NCBI GenBank assembly: GCA_023213395.1
Contig: CM041465.1
Coordinates: forward strand, 72,547,741-72,611,740
Length of the DNA: 64,000 nucleotides
Direction of reading: 5' to 3'
Origin: Cycas panzhihuaensis
Taxonomy: Eukaryota; Plantae; Cycadophyta
Below, piece after piece: positions 1 to 17,292 of this stretch. The notes under the pieces were generated by a model. It saw only the letters and a program-made list of their open reading frames with translations, was not told where the DNA came from and did not search any database. Made by a program: the position numbers and the translations under genes. The first letter of the stretch is position 1; the number at the start of each line of letters is the position of its first letter.

Positions 1-1428
1 ATGTTTCTTCCTCATATCTTTGTATCCTCTGCTCTTGTTAGAGAAGATGTCTATATAAGGTATCGAATAACATATTATTAACCTATCCTCCCATAGTAAG
101 TGTGTTTACTAGATTATCAAATGATTTTGGTAGTTTTAGTACTAAGCAAATAATTTTGCATTTCATATGGATTTTTTTACAAAAGTGAGATTATCTTTCA
201 TTTCTACTAATTTGGTAATGAAATCATAAAGTTGTTCACCCTCCCTTAAATGAAGATGGTACAATTACTCCCTAAGAGTAATGATATGGGTTTCATTATT
301 CTGACTATATAGAGATGTAAGAACTTTATAAGCTTCTATTAAAATGGAGGCTTCACTAATATGGGTTAACATGGAATCACTTATAGATAGAGTAATAATT
401 ACTAATGATTGCCTATCTCTTTCTGCCCAACTAGCAAGCTTTATAGTATCTTTAACAACTTCTTTTTATTATTTCTCTATGACAGTATCCTAGGCATTTT
501 TGACAACTAAGAAGCCCTTCATTTTAATTTTCCATGCTTCATAGTATTGACTAATTAACTTATCTAACTCTCCCAATGAATAAATTGAAGCTATTTTATG
601 ACAAATAATAAAAAGAACTCTTTTTTTATCTATGATAGGCCAAGTCTATATGACTATATAATTGTATAGTGAAAGTATAGGTGTACATATTTTAACGGGA
701 AAAAATCCTAAATTTAGATTTTTATTACTATCTACTAGGATCTGAAGTCAAATTTTAAATCACATTTTTAGATTGAGAGAAAATTGGCCCAAAAAATAGA
801 GGGATAATTAGGGTTTAATTTATATTTTTATTCATAACTAAAAAAATCTCTAAGCAACTCTACAAACTTATATTTAATAGAAAGCTTATGCTTTCAGGAA
901 GATTTTAAGAATACTTTTAATGAGTAAATTTAAGAAAATAGGGAGAAATCAATAGTAGAATATTCAAACCCACACCTTAGGTTTTTTAATATTTTTTGCT
1001 TACTGAGAGAGATTTTATAGACAAAGCTTTGGAATAGCAGACTCTACTCCTCAAAACATCTTTACTGGTGAAATTTTGTGACAAACTAAGTACTTCAATT
1101 TTTTTATTATATAAGGTCGCATAGATCCATATAGAAAATACAAAGTCATCAAGCGTTATTCTTTCTCCTTTTCCAAAAGAGTAATATTTGACATCCCTAC
1201 CTAACTTATTGTGATACTTTGTTGAAAAATAGATTTAGAAAGAAAATGATCTTCATTGATTAATGGGAGAGAGTTTCTCTATCTTATATATAATTTATTT
1301 ATATGAGTCCTAGTACATGTATGACAAGTGTCATTTTTAAACTGAAGAGGGACAATAATATATAACCCTCTATTTATATAAGAGACCTTTAAGTACAAGG
1401 CATAGGATAAAATATTAATATTCTAACA
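1..1428 (-). mobile_element. Ty1/Copia element D (duplicate copy): gag N-terminus, leader, degenerate PBS and 5' LTR (1220-1428)
   Basis: Minus strand from ~594 reads ASIYSLGELDKLISQYYEAWKIKMKGFLVVK (Copia gag start). A decayed reverse-complement Met-tRNA PBS (TTGTGATACT) abuts a TGTTG...TAACA LTR. Confidence 0.8.
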
Positions 1429-1887
1429 TGAATAGGTCACCTAAACTACAATTGCTTCTAATTCATTCATAAGTCAAAATGATACATGTGTAAACCCTAT
1501 ATATTTGGAAAACAACACAGAGAATAATTTCTAAAAAATAAAGTATGGAGAACTAGTGAGAAACTGGTATTAGATCAATCAGATATCTATGGACTAATGC
1601 TTTTTATCTCACTAAGTGGAGCAAGATATTTTATTACTTTTATTAATGACTTTTTATAGAAAGTTTAGGTTTTTCCACTAAGAGAAAAATTGCAAGCCTT
1701 TACTTGTTCAAATAGTTTAAGGAGTTGGCAAAGAATAAAAGTAAATAGAAGATAAAGGTCACATAAACTAATAATGGTAGATAGTTTACTTTTAATGAGT
1801 TCAATCAATTTTGTAAGGATCATGGAATTAAGAGAGAGTTTTCTATAACCTATATGCCCCAGCAGAATAGAGTTGTTAAATATAAGA
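1429..1887 (+). pseudogene. Copia A (duplicate copy): GAG-pre-integrase and integrase core fragment
   Basis: Decayed GHLN, FGKQHR, SDIYG and SLSGARYFITFIND motifs, with stops and frameshifts. Confidence 0.85.
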
Positions 1888-4800
1888 TGTACCAAACCCT
1901 AATGGTTCTTCAACTTCAAGCACAAAAGGTAGGAAATATGGTAGCCAACATTTGATTTTATTATCAATAAAAACCAAATTATAACCTAGATTTCTTGAGA
2001 GCATTTTGAGTATAAATAAACACTGAATAGACACCAACAAGTAATATTGTAGTACAGCCTCTCAAGGAAGAAAATAAAACTCAATAATCATTCTTTTATA
2101 AAACTTGGCCTTAAATAAGCATACAAGACCTCTTTATAAACAATCTCATTAGTAGAAAAATGGCTTCAAATTCTATTGGTAGGTGTAAGTAACCTATATA
2201 CACAAATTAATAACTAATACTAACCTTTTAATGATTAACACTCTAAGTGCTAGCTTAACCCACTCTACTTGTAAAGGGTAAACATGTAGCATGTCCCCTC
2301 CCCTAAGATGTTCAGTCATCGAAGGTAATAAGGAGGTGTAGATGTTACTTAATAAATTTTTTTGACTTCCATATTACTTCATTTGACTCAGAGCTAGCCC
2401 ACTATACCAAATGTTTAAAAATAGTCTTATTCCTCAAGCGGTAATGGTGACTTGCAAGAATATAATCAAGGGGAATAGCGAGATTTATTCTTCATCTAAA
2501 ATAAGTAAAGCAGATTAGGGTACTATGTTTTTGCCAAGGTATCTCTTAAGGTGGGAAATATAAAAGACATTATAGATTTTGGTATGGGGGGGAGTTTGAG
2601 GGTATAAGCGACTTCACAAATATTTTGAAAGATTATATAAGGGCCATAGTAACGAGGGCTTAGCTTGTGATTTCTATAATATTTAAGGGACTTTTGTTTG
2701 TTTGGTTAAAGGTAAAGGAATACAAAATCACCCTCATCAAAAGATCAATATAAATAGTGGTAGTCAGCGAGTTATTTTATGCAATTCTAGGTGGCTAGCA
2801 AATTTGATTTTTAAGTGTATGAAGGATATATTCCATATCTTGAAGATTTTGTTACATTGTTATAGTTTTAAGATTGGTTGTTAAGGTGTGATATAATGGA
2901 TAAAAATATCCATATGAAGCCATGAAAGGTGACATATAAATAACTGAGTGGTGGCATGAGTTATATCAATATTTGGCAAGAGCTAGCCATGATGTCCAAT
3001 TATGTTAATGTTCCTAAAGTAAAACACCTTATATAAAATTTTAATATATAATTTAAGACTTCTAATTGACCATCCATTTATGGGTGATAAGCAGATCTCA
3101 TATTAAAAGAAGCCCCAAGAGCTCAAAAAAGTTCTTACTAGAATGTACTAGTAAATTTGGGGTCCCGATCACATACTATTATTAAAGGAAAACCATAAAG
3201 GTAAAAAGTTGATTGAATATGGATATTCACCAGGTGAGAAGCTTTGTATGAGGTATGGACAACTAGTAAGTGAGCATACTTGGTGAGTCTATCTATAACC
3301 ACCCATATGGAATCAAAACCCATAAATATTTATAAGTTAGTGATAAGATCTATAGTAATATCTTACCATTTACCATGTGGTATATGTAGAGGCTGAAGAA
3401 GACTAGGTTAGGCCTTTATTTCAACCTTGTTCCTTTGGTGCATATCGCATTCAGAGACAAATAAAAAGATTTAAGATTTCATGTTTGGCAAATAAAAATT
3501 TGATCAAATATAATGATAGGTTTTGGCAAATCCTAAGTGGCTACCAAGGGAAGTGAAATGGTATTCAGACATAATTCTTAGGATAAATGACAAAGTAGGA
3601 TGGATGAATATATAATTTTAATACAATAGTTGGGAATTATATAAAGACTAATCTTTTTAGGAGTGGACCTTGGAGGCCTATTTTTCAAAATCTTGTTATG
3701 TATTATTCTCAATTATTAGGTCTACTAACCATAATGGTTTAGGCATGGAGATTCAATGGATGGATGATATATTAGGGGAAGCCTCCATTAGAAGACGAGA
3801 GAAGGCATACACAATAACATTTCTTTTCCCTTTTTATATGAAATCTCAAAATCAAAGATTTGCAAGCAATTAATTCATTTTGCTTGCTCTTCAGATAGAG
3901 TTGGTTAGTTAAATAGGTAATGAAGGCTATTATGGTTAGTCATAATAGTGAATTTAGAGCCCAAAAGATATTGGCACCACTTATTGGCAATGTGTAAGAT
4001 AACTTTCATTTCTTTTTTATATATGGATGAATGACATTCATGATCTTTAAGTTTCCTAGTTTCAAATGCTATAGGGTAAAAGTCTTACATAAGAACAACA
4101 CCTAAACTATGACCTAAGATAGGGGTAGCCCAAATAGAGGTAGAAGTCATGAAAACCTTAAGGTTATTAAATGTTAGGTCTATCTCTAAAGACCATAGAA
4201 AAGCAACTTTTTTAAGTAGGTTTATTAGTGGAGTGGTAATCTATGCATAGTTTCAAATAAACCAACAATAAAACCCTATGAGACCCAAGAAAGCTCTAAG
4301 TTGGGTAATTTTTTTGGGTTTCGACCAGTTGGTTATGACAAAAATTTTATTAGGGTCAATTTAGACTCCATTTGACCAAATGATATAGCCCAAATACTAA
4401 AGCTCATTTTTTTCAAACTCATATTTGGATAACATAGCATAGAGTTTATGATGATTGAGGATCTAAAGAACAGTCTCCCCATGTTGGAGGTGAGTTTGTA
4501 AATTTAGGCTATATACTAAGATCTCATTAAAAAAATGACAAATTATAGAAGATATGATATAAAGATTTATTCATCAAGGCATGGAATGTTGCTAGATTAT
4601 TTTAAAAATTGAAAAGCATTACTTAAAATTCAAAGTGTCAATGATGTATGTGGAAAGTAGTTTTAGGGTGATCTTCTTGGGTGACAGGAATTTTGTAGTA
4701 CTTGGATTAAAGATCTAGCTTAGAAAAAAATATGGCCCTATGTATCTCATCAAGAATACCATCAATTTGATGTGTAGAAAATTTATTCTTAATCATTAAA

Positions 4801-5598
4801 TTTATGATAATCAACATGAAGGCAGAAAGATCCATCCTTTTTCCTAACTAGAATGACAGTTATAGCATAAGCGCTTTTATTGGACTAGATGGTGCCCATG
4901 TCCATTAACTCATTTGTGATTTTCTCAATTTTATTCTTTTGAAAATATGAATTTCTATATGGGTGAAGACTAATAGGATGATAAGGGGTTCGTAGGTTAA
5001 TGGAATGGTAGAAACCATGATCTTGGGGGGAGGGGGGGTGGGCAGTTATGGGAAGTGGAGTAAATATGGATTGATATTTGTGGAAAAGGTTATGGATGTA
5101 ATGGTGAATATTACCATCAGGTTGGATATTATTGGTTCAAACAATATAACTAGCATTATTATTCAAATGCTTACACATTTACTTAGGATATACAACTTAA
5201 TTGGGGAGGGATTAGATGCCATATAGTTTATATGTTTAACTCATGTGGTCTTTGAATAAAATAAAAGGATTGCTAAGGGAGTTGTTCATAGCATATGCTC
5301 CTAGAGTTTGGATCTATTGGACTCCAAGAATGGATTTATATCCTCCTATTGATAGGGCATAAAAATCTAAAGTAAGTCAATAAGTATTGATTTAGACCTA
5401 AAGGTTTATAATTGTTTAGGCATAATGTAATATCTAGTGGCCAAGTAAAGAATAAATAAATCTAGTTTTAGGAAGAATATAAAGGTTTAATTAACAACCT
5501 ATGGAGATATCAATAAAATTTAAAGATGTACTACCATCAATCAATATTAAAATAAGTGTTTTTCAAAGGGTGCTTTGGGTAGAAATCAAAGCAAATAG
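1888..5598 (-). mobile_element. Ty3/Gypsy chromovirus-like element F (duplicate copy): 3' LTR 1888-2291, PPT, chromodomain-INT-RNaseH-RT-protease; 5' end missing
   Basis: ORF 3138-3323 reads DSIWVVIDRLTKYAH...IVCDRDPKFTSTF (Gypsy integrase). Purine tract AGGGGAGGGGAC precedes the LTR on the minus strand. KHLV*W...EVIW chromodomain-like tail near 2370-2420. LILIDGST protease motif near 5540. Confidence 0.9.
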
Positions 5599-6212
5599 TA
5601 GATAGGGAGATTTTATTATGGGGGTCAAGTAGTGACAAATCTTATGGGGGCTCATCATCTAGCATAGGACAATGTCCAATAGTTACTTTAGTAATAAGAC
5701 CACAGGTTTGAAAAACCACCACTTTGAAAAGTAATAGCATCAAATTATTAAATCTGTACAATTCAACTCCTAAGAATTAAAGAAGCTGAGAATTCCATAA
5801 TCTAGAATCTAATATTACATTTCTATCCAAACCTTTAGTATAATCTACTATACTCAACTCCATACTAAAATCAATATTCAGTCCAGTCTAATCCATACTC
5901 CAATATTTTATTCCTGTCTAAATTGGATTGAATTGAATATTGACAATGATATGGACTTGAACAGGACAAATTATACTGAAGATTCAGATAGAAATATAAA
6001 ATTGGATTCTACATTATGGAATTTTTAACTTATTTAACTCTTGGGAGCTAAATTATACAAATTTGATTTTATGTTATTGCTTTTAGAAGTGGTGGCCATT
6101 CAAACTTGTAGTCTTGTTATTAAAATGACTATTGGACATCATCTTATGCTAGATGATGAGCCCCCATAAGATCTGTCACCACTTGACTCCCATAATGAAA
6201 TCTCCTTAACTA
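5599..6212. mobile_element. ~610-bp foldback palindrome (MITE/foldback-like)
   Basis: Left arm GGGAGATTTTATTATGGGGGTCAAGTAGTGACAAATCTTATGGGGGCTCATCATCTAGCAT is reverse-complementary to the right arm ending GAAATCTCCTTAACTA. Pairing continues inward to a centre near 5905. Confidence 0.85.
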
Positions 6213-6236
6213 ATATTCAATCTAGTATAATTAATA

Positions 6237-6414
6237 GGGATATTTCATTATGAGGGTCGAGTGGTAATAAATCTTATAGGGGCTCCTCATCATTTAGCAC
6301 ATCATTAACTATATATAGATAGATAGATAGGTAGGTAGGTAGAGAGATTTCATTATGAGGGTCAAGTGGTGACAAATCTTAGAGGGACTTATCATCATCT
6401 AGCACATCATTGAC

Positions 6415-6416
<2 letters not shown>
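6237..6416 (+). repeat. Two extra tandem copies of the ~75-bp foldback terminal unit, each followed by TA/GATA microsatellite
   Basis: ATTTCATTATGAGGGTC...ATCAT(C/T)TAGCACATCATT(A/G)ACTA occurs at ~6237 and ~6342. Confidence 0.85.
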
Positions 6417-9316
<2,900 letters not shown>

Positions 9317-9641
9317 TGTTAACTAGTAATAATTTATATTTCTATATCATAATCTTAAGTCATGAGCTTCCCCTTTAATATTTTTATTATATGAGTGAAT
9401 TTGATATTGATATAAGTGATGAGTCATTAGGAGTTACAACTCACACTTAATTTGTGTCATTTAGTTAGGATTAATATTTTGTTTTAGTATTATACTTATT
9501 CACGTATAGTGTATTGTAAAGATTGTAATAAGAGAAGATTATAGTTGAGATTATGTTAATTAATTTGAAAGTAATTTTCATCTTTATTAATAGTTGATCC
9601 CTCCATTTTAGTTTCTATATTACCTGCTTTGAAGTTTAACA
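9317..9641 (+). repeat. 3' LTR of Copia A (duplicate copy)
   Basis: TGTTAAC...TTAACA directly after the PPT; alignable over its length with the LTR at 26719-27040. Confidence 0.9.
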
Positions 9642-12120
9642 ACTATCACATTCTATCATAAATTGATAAATATCTTCTTCAATGTTTTTTAATAAAAGGA
9701 TTATTTAATATTTCTATAAGTTTTGTTTATACCTATATGTCTAATTGTAGGGGTAGAGTGACATTCTTAGCAAACTATGTTTATAAACATTAAGTATCGA
9801 GTAGATCTTGTCTTTGTACTAGAGGACATTATCCTTCTATTTGAATCTCTTATCTTGTATTGGCATTCTATCTTATAAATGTAATATAATCTACTCAGTT
9901 TGAGGATCCCTTGAATATTCTTATTATACTTCAATAATCCAAGCAAGAGCTATTATAGACATGGCACATAGGGATGTGTCTTCATCATTTTATAAGAAAG
10001 CATCTACACCAACATTATATATACCTTTCTTATAAATGATTTAAAAATCAAAGGCTTATAACTAGTTTATCCACCTCTGTTATTGTTTTGGTAGAGTTGG
10101 TCATTTCAAAAAATATTTAAGACTATCATGTTCTTTTTTAACTTGGAATTTATTGCTAATTGAATATTGTCACCATATTATAATTACATGGATAAGGGTT
10201 GCCCTTTCTTTTTCATACATATATTGTGATTTCTCCTTCTCCTTAAATTTATAGCTCTCATAAGTAATGGGTCAATCATTTTGCATTATTACTGCCCTCA
10301 ATCCTTCTCCAAATACATTATTGTCAATAACAAAGGGTTATTTGAAGCTTGGCATAGAAATAATAACTGATGATAACTTTTATTTTCTTAAGGTCGTTAA
10401 AGGATTTATCTACTCAATCATCCCATCTAAAGGTATCTTTCTTAGTTAGGTTCAAGAGAGGAGAAATTGTACATCCATAATCCTTAATAAACCTTATATA
10501 AAAGCTTATTACCCCTAAAAAACCTTTCATCTTTATTACATTTGTTAGAGTGAGCCAATCTAGTATCACTTGAATTTTCATTAGATCCATTTTGATGCCT
10601 TTCCTTAAAATTGTGTCTTAAATATTCTACCTCTTGTCTCCCAAAGGTGTACTTAACTTGTTTGGTGAAAAGAGCATTATCTTGGAGTATTTGTAGCTCT
10701 TACCTAACATCTTGTAGGTGCTCTTCTTAGATTTTATTGTAGATCAAGATATTATTAAAGAAGATTAATATAAATCTCTAGAGATATGGGTAAAGTACCT
10801 TATTCATGATAGCTTAGAAAGTAATCAGTGCATTTGTTAATCTGAAGGGCATGACTTTGAATTCATAATGTCCTTCATGAATGCAAAAAACCCTTTTTTG
10901 CCATGTCTTGCACTCTTACTCAAATTTGATAATAACATGATCTCAAATAAATTTTTGTAAAGCACTAGCCTCTACATAACTCGTGATCAAAAATAAATTT
11001 TTTGTTATAGCCTCATTTAAAGGTCTATAATCAACACACATCTTAAAAGATCCATACATTTTGGGTGCCAGGATGGCTAGGGCTATAAGCAGACTTTTAT
11101 TAGGTATAATTTACCTTTGCTCTAGTAGTTTATAAGTTAATTTCTCTATGATCACCTTATAATGATAAGGGAGTTGATAAGGTTACATGTTGATTAGTGT
11201 CATCCCTAGTTCCAATTTAATCACATGCTCTATCTTTTTATCTAGAGATAGGGGCTTAGGAAGTTCTTCAAAAACTCTTGGGAATTCTTATAATAATAAT
11301 TGTCATCTCTAAGTGGACATCCTTTTCTTCTATTACTCTAATTGTATAATAATTAATAGCGTACTCCAAAGCTCCTTTCTTTAATATTTTCTCCATTAAA
11401 TATGGAGAAGCCTCTTGGTTAGATAGTTTAGATAGAGCTTGTAATATATATTTCTTGCCCTTATACTAAAATTTCATAAATAGCTTATTATAATGCATCA
11501 CAATCGAATACAAGGTCCATAATCATTATATTTCTAGTACCACATTGACTCCTCCCACATGCATTATAAACACTAATGATTATATTGTATAATCAATCAT
11601 TGACAATGATACATTTTGACAAATCCCACTAAATGGCATGGTCTTTCCTCTTGTTATAGCTACTTGGAATTGCTTTTATTATTTGTTTTTTAATAAAATT
11701 ATGTGTACGCCCATAGTTGATTAGGACTATTACCTTGGTGTTTTTTTATTATTCCCTCAAGGCTTAAGATCTAGGATGATATAAGGAACCTTACATGGCT
11801 TGTAGTAAAATCTCCATTCTTGAGATATTATACTCTTCTTCTAAGGTTAGGTCTTTAATAATTTATTTAGTGTCATTTGTTATGTCTATCATTTTCTCTT
11901 CCTCTATAGACTACTTGTTCTCCGTTGTATATAATATTTTAGGCAAATTGATTAAGTGACATGAGTGGTCCTTAACTTTTTTACCACATTTGAAATACAT
12001 GCCTTGTTTAAGATGTTATATTCTTGTATGTAACACTCGCTTGCTAAATGGGTCCTAGAACTTATGATGTAGGATTCACCTGTAAGGTACCCTTGTAATT
12101 CTAGTTATCCCTTTTGGGTT
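9642..12120 (-). pseudogene. Host Gypsy G, 5' portion: gag zinc knuckle, protease, RT, RNase H, integrase N-terminus
   Basis: Minus strand GMYFKCGKK near 11990, VLINYG protease relic near 11720, EGHYEFKVMPFRLTNA RT motif near 10850, KTYRNIK...ECD at the A junction. Confidence 0.85.
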
Positions 12121-12124
12121 ATTC

Positions 12125-12480
12125 TAGTGGACCTAAAATATTATCTAACAATAAATAACAAGAATTCAATAGCTGCCTAATAGTAACACAAATATAGTTT
12201 ACTAGATTTAGATTTAATTAGATAAATATTCATACTCAAAAATAAAATAACAGACAATAGTAAATCAATAGTTTGGCAAGCACCAAAGTGCCGAAATAAC
12301 AAATAATAATCCATTATGGAAAAGAATAATAAATCATACATCATTGAGTTAAAACCTCCTCTATTTATAGGCTCAAAGATGGGCCACTTTATGGGGCAAC
12401 TTTTATAATAATAATAATAATTAAATATTGACTTATAATAATAAGAATAATTTATGATTATTACATTATGTCATTATACA
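12125..12480 (-). repeat. Gypsy-type LTR, same family as the LTR at 19987-20351 (inverted)
   Basis: Reverse complement shares CCCATAAAGTGG, TATAAATAG, ATGATGTATGATTTATTATT and CTTGTTATTTATT..TAGATAATA with 20070-20345. Confidence 0.7.
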
Positions 12481-13616
12481 ACCTCAAGGCATCATCAATA
12501 CTAGGATAAAATAGTTATCAAATAGATACATTAGGAAGCATCTAGTGAAATAAAGTTTATGGGTCTTGAAATTGCCACATAGGAAGACAAAGCCTAGTAC
12601 CAACATAATTTGCATGTTCTGATACTTTGAGGGCAAAACATCTTTTAGTGAGGTGAACTTATTATGTATTAACACCTCTCTTGGAACACATCCATGAGTA
12701 TTTAAAGTGGAGATTGGCATGGGTTGATGACCATTAAAATATTCTTTATAGCTTTGGCTTATTAGAGGAAACTTGCAAGTAGCAACATTTATCTAGAGGC
12801 ATCCTTACTTCTAAGAGGGTTGAGCACTCATTATTCTTTCATTTATTCTATATATTTTGTTGTTAGTAATAATATGTTCATTATTCTATGAATAATTTGT
12901 TGTGGGAAAGCTATCAAATCCTATAAGGTTCATAACATTCTACAAATATTAAATACTATTTTACTATGCCCTAAACATATCTTTTAGTTCAGTCATCGCA
13001 ACACAAACCATAATTATTTTTAACTAAAACGGTATATTTACTCACAAGGAGTAACATACCATATCATCATTTAATATATCATTTGATAGTTTTTCAATAC
13101 TACCACCATAAATCTTTAATATTTGCACACTCTCCTCTCATCAACTAAATGGGTAGACCTACTTAAAAGGGTATATGTACTTAATATTTGCCCATGTTTT
13201 ATGAGAAAACTTAATAGTAGATTGTAGGTAATACATATAATGCTTAATATTCATAATATCCTCTGCAATATATGTTAAACCTAAATATTAATATGATACA
13301 TTGAATATATTCTATCTTTACCTTTTAGACACAAATCCTCTAATTAACTAAATTTCTAAATTTTTAATTTTTTGTTGGAAGGAATACTTATCATATTATC
13401 ATGGCTAAAAATTCACCCCACCAAGGGTACAAGCACATGGTGTCATTATAAGAGGAAAATTCCTTTAATATCCAATGGAGGTCAAGTAGATTTATTTACA
13501 TAACAAATTCAAAATTGCCACAAAAATCTTAAAAAACACATAGTCTAACCTCTTAATGGTGTAGGGCATATGACACTGTTTCCTTAAGTGATTGAATACT
13601 CTATGAAAATTGACTC

Positions 13617-16600
13617 TATAGTAATCCTAGAACTATTAATAACAAATAGAAGTCAATATTTTATTTTATTTATTATTACTACTACTACTACTACTACTAT
13701 TATTATTAAAGTCTACTTTTTTATAAATGGACCGTTTTGGCACTTATAAATAAGGGGGACCCCTAATTCATTTATGTATGCTTATTCTTTTGTTATAATG
13801 GATTAATATCCTATTATTTTGGCACTTTGGTCCTTGAAGCAAATGCATCATTTCAACTTTCTTATTTATTATTGAATTATTATCAAGTTTATTATATATC
13901 AAACTATTGTGCTTTTTGAGTTTGTTAATTATTGATCTAATAAACGGTTGAAGATCATATCATTTCTATTTCAAGCATGCTTAAACTAGTATCAAGGTTG
14001 TGTGTTGAAACCTATCTATCAATTTTCGTTCATGCACGGACATGGTTATACTCGGTTGTGCTTCAAAGGAGATATGCATTGTGCCATTTTGTCAATTTTC
14101 TGTAAATTATTTGTTGTTATAGAGAAGATCCCTATAAATCTCCTATTTATTATTTTGTTGATCACTACTGAGATTTTTGTGTGCCTAGAGGGTTCTAATG
14201 TGAAAGATTGAAATGTATAATAATTTTTTAATAAGAAATTACGCACAAAAGGTTTCTATAGTACCATGTGGATAATGTTCTTTGTGGCCAATTTATTATG
14301 ATAGAGTGGATTGCATATTATATTAGTGTGTGGAGCACCATCTAAACATCCAAGAGGTTTATTATCTATGAGTGGTTTGCACCATTAAAGAAGGGTGCCT
14401 CGCCTATCTGCAACATCGATCTATTCCATTAGCAATAAAAGACAAGCTATAAATCTAGCAATTTGAGCTAGCATAAGGGTTGGTCTTTGCAATCAAAGTC
14501 GAAGCCTCCAATTTATGACAACACTAGAGAGCAATCCATAATTCCTTTAACCCAAGCATGATAGAAGTAAAACGAGTTATAAATCATCAAAAAGCGAGAC
14601 AAGAAGGAGTAATTCTTTGTTGCAGATGATAATAAGGATTTGTGTGAACGTTAGAGGTCACTGCCATGGGGCCTAGCAGTGTGTCGATGTGCAGATTATG
14701 TATAAAGTGAATGATAACTTACACCCTACATATCAGGTATCAAGTTATCATTATCAACCAATGACTTCTATGCATGCCATGTGAAGGAGGAGAGGTTAAG
14801 ATATATTATTTTACATCTAAGTATTTAAAAATTAAGTCTAATTTTTTCTTCTTCTTTTTTTTTACCCCTATTGAGCTAGCCAATAGTCTTATTGAGCTAT
14901 TTGGTGACTAGGGATTAAAACCCTTGGAGGGCTTATAGACCTTTTTTTTTTTTTAATTTAGTTTTTTAAAGGAAGTACTTAGACTTTTTTGGCATAACTT
15001 TTACCGTGTGTCAAAATTCCGTTCCATTTAAACCATTAAAATCTTGATTCAGAGGGCTTTGAAATGAGTTATGAGTTTGCGCATTTTGAAGTTGATTTGA
15101 TGTAGTAATCTTGGTTTGAAGTTGATACTTAATGACAAATCAAATATTCCTATTTTTACTAGAGACAAAGGAGTATAACCCATAAAATAGTTGAACAAAA
15201 TTAAAGTGGGCTTTAAAATCTTGCCCCAAGCAAAAACAAAAAGATTTTCCTCAACTATTATACCATATTTGGATGGAAAAGCTCATGAGTGGGCAATTAA
15301 TAAACTTTTTCATTGGGTTAATTAGGTGACATTTTCATGATGTTTTTTAATCAATTTTGATAAGAGTCTATAAATTGTAAGATGAACATTGGAGACTACA
15401 AAAATAACGATAATTTTAAAAGCCTCATGGAAAAATTACAAGAAAAAGACAATATAGCCACATTGGAATCTCTCCAAGAGGAGACAAAGGATTAGGTAGA
15501 AAAAAGAGAAAAAACTAGTTGAGCAAATTAGAGAATAATCCAACGAGGAACTAATTGATGAACAATATAATGAAAAGACAAATGACACATATAAATCAAG
15601 CAAAGAAATGACCATTAGTAAGGAGCTCAAGGAAGAATTTGAGATACAAGACATTTTTTAAAATGTACTTACTTTAAATTCCAATCTTATCTTACACTTG
15701 TCTATTTCTTTTGGAAGTTTCCTTATTCATCTTAATTGTCCAAATTCTATAGCCTCAAAAAATCTCTCACCATTTATATAACAAGATCATATAATAGAAT
15801 TTAAATATAAGACCCTAAATCCCCAACCCTTAGTAGGCAAAATTCTTGTTCCACTTGAGATACCTCTTAAACTCTCATTCCTTAAGAAATATATTATTCA
15901 CCATTCCCATATTCCCTATCTTTACCCCTTATTTTAACAAACTTCAACCTATAGTATTATTATTATACTCTCTACAAAACAATAACCCCTCTTCATTTAT
16001 ATTTCAACTCACTTTACCACCAACCTTCTTACCCCCTAGCATGTTTTCCCCTTAGCCCTTTCAATTACTTGACAAATCCCTTTCACATACCCATGTCAAA
16101 ATCCCTTTCTTATAAATAACACCTAACTCTTATCCCGTACACATTCCCTTTAATCCTCCCAAACCCTAAGCTTACTTGTAGATTCATTTACCTTTCATTT
16201 AGTATGGCATCATCTTCATTATCCACAAGTTCCTTTTGTCCATCTCTTATCTAACCTACCTTTCCTATATCATATTCCCTTATCAAATCCCCACATATGC
16301 TACCTCCTAGCCTTCCCCCTGATATATCTCATCGATACCCTATGTTCTTCTTATGTTTCACTTCATTTTCCTTAATATATACTGACCTAAAAATTCCATC
16401 ATGCCAACTATCCCTCTTATGTGATATCCCTCATCGTTTTCTTATTAACCTTCTATCTCACTCGTGTTAATTTCCATCCAAACTTACCTCACCACCCTTG
16501 CTTTTAAATTTCTTATTCTTAAAATTTCTTGTATTAGTTTCCCCAATATCATCCCCATAATTCATATTCTTTTTTTACACTCCCTTATTTCCCCTTTGAG

Positions 16601-17292
16601 GATAACTATAAATGGATACAATATATAAATGGAATGTAGAACCTTAAGCAAGTTGAAGTCGCTACACATAGGCCCTTGGATCATTCAAGTGTAAAGTGTC
16701 ATACAAAAACCACCTTAAATAGAACACTACCACAAATGGGATACATACATATTGCTTTAAGAAAATGACATAAAAGTGGATCCAACACCTATGATATTTT
16801 AGCCTTAACAAGTGGTGGATTGAAAGCATACATTGCATCTTCCACACTTATAGACAACAGCAAGCAAGAAAGTACCTACCTTGAATTCACAACTAACAAA
16901 TAGCAATACTTCAAAGGCGAAATATCTTATGATGGATAAAGTATCTTCTAATGGAGGGAGGAATTGTAGTAATTCTAATACTTTTAATAATAAATAGAAA
17001 TCAAAATATTATTATTATTAAGTCAATAATAATAATAATAATAATATTAAAGCTCATTAAAGAAGACCTCTAATTCATTTATTTATGCTTATTCTTTTAT
17101 TATAATGAATTAAATATCCTATTATTTTGGCACTCCAATGCCCAGGGCAAATCTACCATGTCAACTTTCTTGTTTATTGTTGAATTATTACCATACTTAT
17201 TATGCATCAATCTGTTGTGCTTTCTAAATTAGTTTATTACAGATCTAATAAGCTATTAAATATCATATTGTTTATTTTTCAAGCATGCTTCA
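13617..17292 (+). mobile_element. Non-autonomous Gypsy-type LTR element H (gag relic, no pol)
   Basis: LTRs 13617-13984 and 16965-17292. TSD GACTC/AACTC. PBS TAGTATCAAGG at 13987. PPT ATGGAGGGAGGAA near 16951. YLDGKAHEW gag motif near 15266. No RT or integrase motifs seen. Confidence 0.82.

Noticed and set aside
1665-1895. ORF conserved in both duplicates (also 57107-57385)
   Set aside because: Antisense to Copia integrase; conservation reflects the duplication only.
12481-13610. Coding-like decayed sequence, including ORF 12484-12720
   Set aside because: Probably an old TE fragment, but no motif I can assign.
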